64,000 nucleotides of DNA from the NCBI RefSeq assembly GCF_964204645.1, contig NC_134027.1, forward strand, positions 27,366,560 through 27,430,559, read 5' to 3'. How positions within the stretch are numbered: position 1 is the first letter of the stretch; every line of letters starts with the position of its first letter. Made by a program: the position numbers and the translations under genes. Shown piece after piece: positions 1-12,183 of the stretch. The DNA comes from Tubulanus polymorphus. Lineage: Eukaryota; Animalia; Nemertea. Below the pieces are notes generated by a model. That model saw only the letters and a program-made list of their open reading frames with translations, searched no databases and was not told the DNA's origin.

Positions 1-176
1 CGTGGTCCCGTGTAGACGGACAGGGCGGTGTGGTCCCGTGTAGACGGACAGAGCGGCGTGGTCCCGTGTAGACGATCAGGGCAGCGTGGTCCCGCGTAGA
101 CGGACAGGGCGGCGTGGTCCCGTGTAGACGATCAGGGCAGCGTGGTCCCGTGTAGACGGACAGGGCGGTGTGGTCC
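1..176. repeat. 28-bp GC-rich minisatellite, ~6 copies, truncated by the window edge
   Basis: Unit cgtggtcccgtgtagacggacagggcgg repeats with small variants from position 1. Confidence 0.9.
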
Positions 177-3100
177 GGCGTTCCACCAATCAGCGATTAT
201 GTTTAGAATTCTTTCAAGGAGTTTTTCTTTAAGAAGTTACTCGTTTCTGCGACGGCGGTGGTGTATTCGCGACCACTTCCCCTCTCTCCCGGCGTCTCCC
301 CATCTCCCTCTCTCCCTCCTCTCCTCTCACTCGACGGGTCTGTGTATACAGAGATACTTAAATGATGAATTAGGAGTGCATCGAACGCTGTGAAGAGAAG
401 GACCAGGGAATCTGACACTGCGCATTGGGCTGAGAGGTGTCTTCATCTATATTTGAAGTAGTCCGTGTTGTCTGTTCGGAATACGCAGTTGTCTTACTCG
501 GAATAACAGAGCACCTCTTAACAGTGACAATTTTCTACTACTTGAAAAGCCTGATTTTCCCCCTGGTTTGTCAATATATTTTCACTACTCGGCGTTTACC
601 TAAGACTTTTGACATCAAATCTTGCGCGGCGGCCGCGGCAAAAAAACGCCCGAGTTGAGATTTAGTCTAATGAATAATGCATCAGGTTTGCGTGGAGTTG
701 GAGCACTCTTTTCAGATGTGATATCCCCCGCTACTCATAACCAAGTAATGCGCCATTCACGAAATAATCTTAATGATGGAAGAATGTCTACTCTCGTAGC
801 ATATCTGAAATAGTTTGGAATCGGTTTAGAGTATAGTGAAGGATTATCAATCTGTGATGCGCGCGCGACTCGGTAAATACTCCTTCAAACCGCGTCTCGT
901 ACGCACATCCTCGAACTGTCGCCGCTACGAACACCGAAAATACGCGAAGAATATTTTACAAATGACGCCACAATCAACGCACTTCATTTTTTTGTGTGTT
1001 GTGTCATCATTTTTCACACTTAACCGGTAACCGACACCGCGGCGGCGTCTTTTTAAATTCAAAATACGATACGTATTGCCTCGCGGTATAACTCTCAGAC
1101 CAATTCGGGCAAAAACAAAACCATTTTCTAACTTCCTACCGGCTTATCTCGGACAAATTTCGCCGGTCTCAGTTTCTCAGAGTTGGGCGAGGTTTACGGT
1201 ATGTAAGAATCTGAAACCGTTCTGTCAGTTTTCACGCCATTCGTGATTTTCAAATGTAAACTATCGGCCTGGCGTTGTGAAGAGATTTGAAATGACTCGT
1301 TTTCGCACAAAAATTACCTTAATTTCACCGGCAAAACTAAGAAGAAAGGTAGCGAACAAAAATGAAATTTCTTAACACCACTCGGAACGAAGGTTGAGAC
1401 ATTAATTCCCAGGCGAAGAGTCTGTTTAAGAGCTGCCGAGGGTGCTTGACTTGAATACCCCCTCAATAGACAGTCCTTTAATCAGCGGAAATAGTGACGT
1501 AAAAATTCACCAATTTATCAAACGAGAGAAAGAGAGAGAGGAAGAGAGAGAGAGAGGAGTTCCCTAATGATTTGAGTCCCCTGAGTGTGACAAGTATGCA
1601 TAGCACATTATACACAATACCATGACTCAACCGTTACATCAGCCGAGTTTCAAATCCTACCAACAATAAAATAATACCCTACACACAATTTACATTGAAC
1701 GTATATTCAGTTTCTATGGCAAAAAAAAATCACCTGGTTTTAGTTGAGAAAAACAACAATTGCCAATCAGTTGATTTCACGCTCTCCTCTCGCAGTGGTT
1801 GCACTTTGAAATCGAATCATTCAAATGAAAAGATGATGTTGTTTTACTAGCCGCGTGCACCGATCGACGTGAACTATTTTGAGTCTGGTCAACGAACTAC
1901 TCTAGTCCTCAAGAACCAAAACATTTCATACAGCGGTTTAGTGGCCAACACTTTCCCCTCAAAGAGTTTTTTACGATGCTTTGAAAAACAACGCACGAGA
2001 GACTGAAAACAACGGGTATAAACTTGAAAACCTCTCGTAGCATTAGTCCGAACCAATTGAGCGCTTTTTATTCCGTTATCAACGAGTAGGGCATCAAAAG
2101 ACATTAGTTAGCACCTGTCGTACGGATTATCCTACTTGTACGGTCTAGATTCCAATCACCTGCGACCGTTTGAGCCAATACACGTTATATTATATCGTCC
2201 ATAATAACAGTATGTTTTAAAGAAAATAAGTTGATCAAGCCTCCCAGCTGCGTACAATCAGCTGACCACTTCAAACCCACACTTTCTCCCTTTCTCCTCT
2301 CTCTCCTCTCTCTCTCTCCTCTCTCTCATCCTCTCTCTCTCCTCTCTCCCTCTCTCCCCTCTCTCCCGACACAGAATTGGATACAACACTATTGGGACAA
2401 TTCGATGTCTTTTTGATGATTTGCTTTTATCTTGAATGATTATTAATCAATTGATTGATTGATCAATTGATTTGATTCTATATATTTTGTATTTCCCTTA
2501 CAAACCGGCAAAATATAAAAGATTCCAGAAAATGATATTTTTGTTAAAAAAGAGATTGCTGATTATAGTAAATGAATTACGAGTTTACTAATAAACATTA
2601 AACGTAGAATTAGTTTCTCACGAATAAAGAGAGAGCGTACTGCCCGACAGCGTGGCACTATCATCCATATGCAACACTGCATGAATTTTCGAAGCAAATC
2701 TTTTTTGTCGACCGAGGAACGAACACGCCAACAGCAACCAACAACAGTAATACTCGACTGTATTAGCCTTCAACACCCAGGGGGCCTACAGACTGTGGAT
2801 CCCCGTAATATCTGTGCAAACCCCAGGAGACAACCGAGTAACTCGTAACTCCCAGGCAACCCGATTTAATCAGACTGCTAGCATGGAACGCAGGAAACCC
2901 CCTGGGCTTAGGTGCCTTCAATATTTGCAGGCTATTATTGCCATGCCAGAAACACAGTGTGGATGTTATCGCACGGGGTGACTCTCCGAGTATGCCATCT
3001 CGTTCGATACCACTAATACAATGTGTTATTTAAGTTCAAGTATATATGAACTAAAGAAAGATTTCAATATCACAATCTCTAGAAATCCTGCCCTAAATAG

Positions 3101-4827
3101 ACACGTTATATTTAACAAGATCTAAATTGATTTGAATTTTATATGTAACTGTACCTTATTTTTCAATGAAGGTTTTTGCAACGTTTTTTTTTTCTTACAA
3201 AAACCAATCGTCGACCGAAACTCAAGCATTCTTCAATGAATCTAAATCAGTCTCAAAAAATGATGATATTTTCTAGAGATAGACGTATGAATTAGCGATT
3301 GATTGTGATTAGAACTTCGTTCAATGACCCGGTGATCGATCTGACCAATCATAATTACCGTTGAGATCGAGGTCGTCTGCCCTGTGAGGTCACGTCAGGT
3401 ATAACAGCTCTGAAAGCGCTCTACGTCACAGAGACAGACAGTCAGTCAGTATACATGCCCAGTACGATTGTCAATTACTATAAAACTTAATATATTTCAA
3501 GCACAAAAAACCGCCAACAATTTCTATCCGTTAGAGCTAACATAGCTTGAGGCAACGACGGGGACTCCGGATGGATTTTATCTTTCGGGCCAAAACTCCT
3601 CAGGGAAACCTCGTCAGTGTCCCTCTGGGGTTTCCTCTGTTCGTGTATGATTCATGTATAATTACTCGAAGGGAGTTCACTCAGACTATCATCACGTGTG
3701 CGTTCACTGCGAGTCAGGAAGCTTCTATATCCGACTTCTAAACTCATTCCTCTCTCTCTCTCTCTCTCTCTGTTTCTTGAAAAAATTCTTACAAACATCT
3801 AACCGACATAAAAAAACGTCGTTAATTGATTTTATTGCGAACATTAGCCTGAGTTAATCTTTGGAAAAGGGAGAAATTTCATCATTAAAAATATTCATTT
3901 TTCTAAATTGAATTATTTGAATATTGTTTGCGCAAAAACATTTCTTTAAAATTGCTTTAAGCGTCCAGTGAAGTAAAACATATAACTGCACACACAGAAA
4001 GGAGATAAATCCACACGAGATCCGTAGAAATTAAAATACAGAGAATTTAAGTTTGGAGTCAAAATTAGTTCATCTCTTATCTTTAAACTGTAGAGTCAAA
4101 TTCAACCGAAAATATGTGGAACCGGATGTTTTTATTTCTATTTTTCTAGCTAATTAAAAATGGCATATCGATTTTTAGCGGAACCCATCGGCCGTCGTTT
4201 CTATTTTCTAGTTATGACGAATTTAAAATGGCCGCGGTTTTAATGAGAGATGCAAGGATGCGATTGTCGAGTAGTTGAGAAAGTTGAAGGAAGTTTTACT
4301 GAAGAAGTGATAAACCTAACTTTACGTATTAACCACTCGCGTTACCTCATAAGATGTGAGCCTCATTACACGCGCCACTAGGGACACCAGTAAATCCTCA
4401 ATAAGCAGCTGACAAAAATGGCTAAGATTGTCCAGTTACCCGGTACCACTCCGAGAGGCACATTACAAATCCCTAACCGTCCGTCTGAGACAGAGAGTGG
4501 TTATATTCGAGATTTGTGGTCGTAATAAACGACTGACTAACTGTATGACTGACTGACTGTGAATCTCCTGTTTCAAAGATTCCACAAATTATCAGATAAC
4601 ATATCATTAACTCGAAAACTAGCTCAGTGAAAGACCCTTACTGAACCTTTCCCATCGTTACAGATCAGACCCCCAGCCCATCTCCCTGTCTCACAGACAG
4701 CACCCCTTCCCAGTAGCCCATGTCCCAGTCTCACAGACAGCACCCCCTCCCAGTAGCCCCCCCCCCCTCCCCCAGTCTCACAGACAGCACGTGCACCCCT
4801 CCCCCAACCACGCCCTTCAAACCTTAC

Positions 4828-7800
4828 CTTCACCACATATGTAGTTCCTGTGGTCCATGAACTCCAGTAAACTTGTAAAACTAGAATTACACATCTCGCA
4901 TCGATAATCGTCTTCTTCGTCGTCACCAGGGGGCGCTCCGGCATCCGTTTCTGATCTATCTTCATTTTCATCGTCATTTTCATCAACATCAATATTGTGC
5001 TCCTCAGTAGCAGCGATAGTTTCGCCGCATTCATCAGCACTTTCATCATCTTCTACAAATTCAATGTTTTATAGCATTATCGTTTAGTTTTATTTAATCA
5101 TTGTTAGTTCTTTGTGGAAGTTTCGAGTCGGAAAACAAATTTAGAATTGAGAATAAAATTGATCCATTAAATGATCATTTAATTTTTAGAAAAATACCCC
5201 ACAATGAAAAACTAATACAGTAGTTTTAACTTTCGACTCAATTGCTATGAGTAACCTTTGAAATTGAAATATTTCCTTTATACCAGGGAGTGACTCCCTA
5301 TCACCTCCCTGTTTATACCAATTGAGTCGAAATGTCAGAAGCTCTTCTCGATATTGTGGGTTTTTCCGTCAATTGAAATTATAGGCTGTTACTTGTCTAA
5401 TGGAAACGAATAATTCCTCGTTACAAAAGTTACCATCAAAACTCTGAATAGTTGAATTTCTGAAACACGAGTTTGAGATTAAAGAAAATAATTTTCAACA
5501 ATCCATTTAGATCACAACATTGAATGAAAAGGTCAAAATCCGTCATTAGTTTTTTTACTTCGTTATTGTGTTATTTTTCTTTTCAACCAACAGTCAGTCA
5601 CTAATCTATAACTAATGAAATATGTCTAGTTGACTACGTGGAGACCACGCTCACTGAATACACACTTAAATACGCATTAAAATTGTTTCTGCAATTTCAG
5701 AATCAGACCTAACGAAAAATGTTTATTTGCGATAGTAGTTTATGAAGTGATAAAGAGAGATAATAAATATCAGTGACGACCGGACGATGATTCTATGTCT
5801 CCTGATTTCAATAGATGATAGCTAGTTATATATACATGTAAATAGATTAGTATTGTTGGTTTATAGTTATGGTTTATGAATAGCGATGGCGGCGGCGGCT
5901 TCCAGACGACTACTCCTTTAAATACCAGCAGATAAAAACAGTATCAACTTCATCTCTGTCCGTCTTTGATTGTTCTACCAAAACTTACATACATAATAAC
6001 ACCATATTCTACTCATAATCTCATTCCCTCAAGTCTCATCTAGGACCAATGGCAAACTACAAAACGAGCTCAAGGGAAATACAGATGAAATGAGTGCAAC
6101 TGCGCACCAGCTTCCTCCTCATACAGGTTTATACTGTTCAAACTGTGATAGAGGAACTAAACAGGGTGTAACCAAATATATTCACTCGTAAAAACATAAC
6201 CCGAATTCTCATTGTGGACCCGGTTTTCGCAGTCCAACAGGGTTAAAATTTCAATAAGTAATATTTGAAAATGATCTGGTCTTAAGTTGTTAGATTGGTT
6301 ATAGAACCGAATGAGCTTAGCCTGGTCTTAAGTTGTTAGATTGGTTATAGAACCGAATGAGCTTAGCCTGGTCTTAAGTTGTTAAATTGGTTATAGAACC
6401 AAAATTAGCTTAGACTGGTATAACCAAAGTTAAGTTAAATTGGCTAATTAACCAAAATAAGCTTAAACTGGTACAACCAAAATATCTTGAACTGGTCTTA
6501 GATTGAAAGGTTGGTTACAGAACCAAGCCTGTGGCGTGAAGTGCTAGGGGTCCCTGATTACAAGACGATGGAAGTGACTCAGAGATTGCGTTTTGAGTAA
6601 TTTTATAGAATATTCTACAAGTCAACAGGTGGTCTATTATGATAGAAACGACCACTGTAGTCCGGGGTAACCGGCCAGCGCAGGCGACAGGGTTCCTTCT
6701 CTACACTGAAATTATCTTCAATTTTCACCACGCATTGAAACTGTTTGACATTTGGTGAAAATTGCGAATAATAATCAACTCAAATAATTACAGCACAAGA
6801 CACATCTCAAACTTAACAGTTCGAATTCACTTACCGCAGTAAGTTTTGATGGACAGCACACGCGGGTATAATTATTAAAACCCCCCACACACATATTTCA
6901 CACCAATTACAAACACGAAACCAAACCACAATTTAAACCAAATCGTGAATTTCGTTTATTCAATTTTCAGAATCGGATAAATAATAGTCGAAACTATATT
7001 AAGAATACTAGCAAGAGTACAAAGAGGGGAATCTTTTAAAATCAGAATCCTTCGACGAAATTAATTGAGGACAAAATAAAAACGGAATTTGATTTTTTTG
7101 TATATAGTTTGATCGGGTTATTTTCCAGGTTAAGGTTTCGCGGTAAACATAACGTCGATTCAGTTGTTCAAACTATTGAAGAGCATCGTTCATGCGAACT
7201 CGATTGCTGCTTGAAATTTGTGTCTAACTCAATGATAGTAGAATATGGTACGCAGACCGGGGGATAGGGGAAAAAGTTTCGCAGAGTGAGCACTTGAATT
7301 TATGAACGTTTGATTGTTGAACTGCCGAATAATCGGAGAACAATAAACTGAATGAGGTGACATCAAGTGATTTTTGCCTAAAGCTGATGAACCTTCAAGC
7401 ATCTTTAAACGCCAAGAAGACAACATAAGCATGCTTGACCTAATATTCTATATGGAGAATGGACTCCCGCTATCTCACTCCCTCGCTCCCTCTCAGGGTG
7501 CGTTTGAATTTAAATAGATATCTTTAAAATCGTCTGCCCCATACCGTATTTTTACCGGTATGATAATGTCAAAATAAGAAAAATCGAGAGAAATATTTGC
7601 TAGAATTCAGTAAACTCTTCCTCTCAACTCTCACATTTCACTTATTTGAGAATCAGGGAATTTGAAGTTTTTCAGTAGTAAAATGCACCCGGACTCGAGG
7701 AGTAGTGAGTCGAGGAGCAGTGAGTCGAGGAGTAGTGAGTCGAGTTGAGTCGAGTTGAGTCGAGTTGAGTCGAGTTGACCGGTATCGAGTAAGGATGAGT

Positions 7801-10800
7801 TGACTAGATAATTAATGTATTTAACATCCGAACCGATGGTCAAATACGTAGTTATTCGTTGAGAAAAAAACTTTCATTTTGAAAGAGGTCCTAGTTATCA
7901 TTATCGTTATTATCGTCCAACAGGTTCGAATCCCAACAAAGCAGTACTTCAATCTTCATTTCGAATGTGCATGTTGTTGTGGCGGTGCAGAAAACCCGTT
8001 ATCGCTGCTTTGCGGTTATATTCATTATCATTATTTCGGATATCGGAACGTTAAAATCGATTTTCAAAAATCGATTCGGTTTTTCACTTAAAACCATTAT
8101 CTCAAGGAAGACCGAAAAATTCGGATTCTAAAAGGAATTTCAACGTGTCGATATTCTAACTTTTCGGCTTCGTGATTGTGGGACTTATATTTAACTATTT
8201 TTTCGCGTTTCGAGTTCCACCTCTTCGTCGATTTAAACAAGAGAAGATTTGAATCCGATGAATTATTCTTACCGGTAGAAACGTGAAGTACTGATGATTT
8301 TTCCTCTCCGTCGACATCGACCAGAATAATCGTCTCGTCTTCACAAATACTGCCTTCATCATCAGTTTCACCTGTAACACATTGAACATCATATATTTCA
8401 TCAAGAGGCGTCGCTAAGAGTGTGAAAAACCACAATGAAAACATTCCTTGATTTCCTGAACTCAGAACCATAAACCATCATGGGACAATGATACTTATTA
8501 GTAACATTAAACGTGGACAGAAAAAAAAATAATACGGAGCTGAGAAAATTCTGCAAAAGAGGTTTTGCTGATAGTTGATGTGCAGAGTCTGTTAAATTTA
8601 TTTCTGGGTTTAAAAACAAACTATGATTTCAAAACCAGGACCCAGTTCCACAGTTCTGGGCCTAGTTCCACATTTCTGGGCCCAGTTCCACATAAGGTCC
8701 GCAATTCTTTGTTTAGATATGGCTCTGGAGATATTGGAAATGAATCAATACTGACGCTTACATCAAAACTTAACCGATTGTTGTGTAATTGAATCCAGAA
8801 GAATTAAAGATAGCAATGAAAGATTCCGGCAGTGACACTAATCTCATGTCAGTTGAAGGAAGCTGATCTTCTGTATTTGAGGAATCTAAATAAAGTTCAG
8901 TTTTGAATATGATTCAAAGGTAGAAGCAGCAAACATTTAGTTCGTTCCGATGTGCGACAATAGGGGGAGTTATAAGTTTTTAGTAACACATCACAATGCT
9001 GTGTGTCCCTATGATCAGTGGTCCATTGCTACATCATAATGCATGCGTCCCTCGGGTATAAACAGCCATTAGGCCACAACTTCCCCTAGACAAACCTATT
9101 TGCAGTACAGATATACGAGCCCTATGAGATTTCTGTGTAGCCACCTGGGAAATGCTATAAATTGGCCTTCTTCTCATTAGAATTTCTCTATTTCACTAGT
9201 CTATGTTCCCAGTGGGATCTATGTAATGGCTATTGGCTCTACATCCATATATGGGCTTCGTGTTCACGGCTAAAGTGGACCCGCCGCACCGTTATGCAAA
9301 TTATCATTTTTTTATTTTCATACATGTAATATTTTTTTGATATTTTTTTGTATATAACTGTTATTGCAATAAACTATCGCAGTCTCAGTCGCAGTTATGG
9401 CCCAGTTCTCGGACTATTGTGACCGCTACTCGAATGGAAAAAGCCGAATTGGAAAACGTCGAAGCGTATGAATTTTCACTATCTCTCTATAAAACATCGA
9501 ATCAAAGAAGTTTTCAATCTTACGCTCGTCGTTTCGCTAATGGGTGAATCGAATTTTCGAATACCGACGTTTGTTTGATTCGAAAAAAGCGAAATCATTT
9601 TCTGACTTCTTCACGTGTTACATTCTCCGATCACGCGATGCCGTCACTCCCAGTTTACCTGAGATTTACCCGTACTGGGGCCGATCCAGAGGCCAATTTT
9701 GAAGAACTGGGTCATATCCCAAAAGGGAACTTCGTTGTCCAAAAGGCAATATCATAGGTGCACTACTACTGCACTGAAATGTACCAATTTTGAATAGTTG
9801 ACAAAAGGGCCATTCAAAAAATTGTTGATGGACTTTTTCAAGTCTCACTTGTCCCTGCTATATCGAATAATAACATCATCATTCTGAGCCCACTTTCACG
9901 ACTATAGCCGAGGTAGGTAAGGGTGATTATATATATGAGTCAAGTTTTACAAACAGATTGCAACCGAGCGCGCATTTAGTCCCCCTGATTTTCTACTATA
10001 CTTTTACTCGCGAACGAAAACAACGAGACCGCCGCACAGAGTGGTCTAATCCTGCCCGAGAACTCTCTATCCATAGGGGTTTAAAACAAAGAAGAAAGCT
10101 TTTCAACGAATCCCAACAGGACACCGAGGTTTCTCATACACCTCGCCGGTATATCTATCCCTATTAACGTCACGCTGGGAGAGCCCCTGCCATTTTCTGT
10201 GTATTATTAACCCAGCTATCCACTCGATGGGAGGTGGCTTTCAATTAGAATTCAACATATGAATAGGGGATAAATCGGTGAAAACATGTCCTCAACTCTT
10301 TAGCCTCGAGCAGTGAATTTGTAGAAAGCCTGTTATTACAATACCGAGATAGATTAGTTTCCTTTTGACTCTTCAATTGCTACAAAACCGGTATCACAAT
10401 CGTCTGCTACAATGACACGTTTTTTCTATCGCGCTCGATTATCTTTCATTCAGTTTCCTAGTAGTTAATTTTCGTACGACAGCCCGTACAATGTTGTGAC
10501 ATGTTTATTGAGACAGTTTGAAAACCGGGACCACAAATATTACTGATCATTTTATAACGGTACTTGAGAGGTTTTTGTAAGACTGTCAACTTAAAGTTCT
10601 GATTGCCGATTAAATAACAAGACACTTCACATGTAGTGGGACCGCCTACGGGCAGAAACACTTTACTCAATAATTCTAATCTATTCCACTCAAATACACA
10701 CAAATACTCATAAATACTATTTTACATAATCTCAGATATTTCTTTTAGAATATTTCACGTCTTTTTTAAAACTTCTGGGGCCGGTTTTACGGTGTGAGCT

Positions 10801-12183
10801 GGGATCATTTGAAACCAGTATAAAACCAGTCTTAACCATTCTAAACCATTCTTTAAGATTTAAGACATCCTTGGACTGAATTAATGACTGTTAAACTAAG
10901 CCTCGTAGTGTTTGTCTTGTTATTTGTTAATGATTTCAATTTTTTTCTTGTTACTAAAATATTCCAGTGAGAACTATATGTTTATGTTCTCTATGAGTGT
11001 CTATAGTTAGCAGCGCCTGTGAATCGCATTAGATTCAATGAAATAAATTCGTAATAATCAAACGGTGAAAAAACAGTAGGAAACACGAGTTTAACAAAAA
11101 ATAACAGATGCTCAGAGTTGAGGCGGGTGTGTCAAACCCTCCAGGGAAATTAACGCTTCAATAAACTCAACTTATTAGCACTCAGGGGGCTCGAAACTCT
11201 GACCCCTGGGGTCGGCATAATGCGCCCTTACTGAGCTGAGCAAAAAGTACTATACAAATTTGAATTGGTACTTTTGCTGGTCGCCTTCAAACTGTTGGTA
11301 AATAGTACAATACTCGAGATTCGAGGCGCATTCATCTGATTCAATGCGAAATTGTTTTGAATATCGCGGAATTGCCGGGAATAAAATGCTTTTGAAAAAA
11401 TATCAGCTCAGAAATTGGTATCAATTGGCTTGCTTAAGTGTGCGGCCGCACTTCTATTAATCTCTTCATCTAAAACCGTGTTGATAAAATACGTTGTTGA
11501 TTTCTATCGCACTTAACTCCGAATCAAAGTCAGGAAAAGATTATATGAAACATTGTAAGAAAAAAAACACTAATAGAATTTCACGTCAGAAGTTTATCTA
11601 GAATTGATGATTATTTGTAGTCCGGGTTTAATGAAATATGATCAGACTGTTCGGACTTAGATTTACAAATCAAACATTCAAACTTTCTGTAATAAATCGT
11701 ATCTGAGACAATGTTTGCTTCACAGAGAAAATCATCAGTTTCCCCCACAGAATCAAATACAACCATTGAATAATCAGTAATTCAGTATTCCACATTTGAT
11801 TTCATGATTTGATTTCCAGTTAAAAAAAACATTAAGCGAAATTCAACGAACAAATGAAAAATGTGATATACACACATATAGTGAATCTGATAAATAAAAT
11901 CTCAAATAAACGAATTATTGAAATCATATTTTAACTTCTTTTATATATCACTTCATTAATTCAGTCACGAGTCCGAATAAAGATCTCAATTATAAAATAT
12001 CGTAAAAGATGAGGAATTTTATATCGAATTTATGAGATATGTCTGGATAAAAATCCAGCGAGAATTCGTGAGTGAAATATTGAAAGAACGATAGTTTAAG
12101 TTTATGAATATTTGATAAGGTTTTGCGTTAATAATTAACTTACGTTTTACAGCTCGTGGTTTTGCTTGTTTTCGTCGCGACAT
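4828..12183 (-). CDS. ZNF423: ZNF423/ZNF521 (Oaz/EHZF)-like multi-zinc-finger transcription factor, 5' exons only; gene continues beyond position 1
   Basis: Exon 12183-12144 = MSRRKQAKPRAVK+C|gtaagt (NuRD-binding N-terminal motif, nearly identical to ZNF423/ZNF521 MSRRKQAKPRS[V/L]K). Exon 8371-8273 (ttacag|...|gtaaga, 99 nt, phase 1-1) = RETDDEGSICEDETIILVDVDGEEKSSVLHVST. Exon 5052-4828 (ttgtag|...|gtaagg, 225 nt, phase 1-1) is acidic and ends in YRCEMCNSSFTSLLEFMDHRNYIC, a C2HC finger like the first finger of ZNF423/521. The same motif class occurs in SALL, FOG and BCL11, so the symbol is a best match only. Confidence 0.75.
5189..5366. mobile_element. Short fold-back element related to the hammerhead-bearing palindromes
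   Basis: tttcgactcaattg (5231-5244) is the exact reverse complement of caattgagtcgaaa (5319-5332). Outer arms are cccacaat/attgtggg; there is an inner hairpin tataccagggag...ctccctgtttata. Confidence 0.6.
6277..6510. repeat. ~46-bp tandem repeat derived from a MITE internal segment
   Basis: Unit ctggtcttaagttgttagattggttatagaaccgaatgagcttagc. The same sequence occurs once, inverted, in the MITE at ~26059-26148 and again at ~40720 and ~62075. Confidence 0.8.
7694..7780. repeat. (gagtc/gagtt)n simple repeat
   Basis: Direct reading. Confidence 0.85.
8990..9395 (+). mobile_element. Possible decayed 3' end of a CR1/L2-type LINE
   Basis: Weak similarity of LDKPICSTDIRAL*DFCVATWEML to the LINE ORF2 C-terminal pattern (P..RT..G.R.F.VA....WN.LP). 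It is followed by a T-rich trailer, aataaa and a short (gcagtc)-type tail at ~9380-9395. Confidence 0.3.
11110..11250 (-). mobile_element. Possible degenerate tRNA-derived SINE head
   Basis: Minus strand reads gctcagctcagtaagggcgc...ggggtcagagtttcgagccccctgagtgc, with A-box-like and B-box-like spacing but no intact cloverleaf. Confidence 0.3.

Noticed and set aside
4624-5049. ORF-track protein MMKVLMNAAK...
   Set aside because: Wrong frame; the spliced zinc-finger exon 5052-4828 uses another frame.
6835-6894. Strong minus-strand donor GCG|gtaagt with an upstream ATG, as an alternative coding first exon
   Set aside because: Phase 0, incompatible with the phase-1 acceptor at 5052; it could only be a non-coding exon and has no other support.
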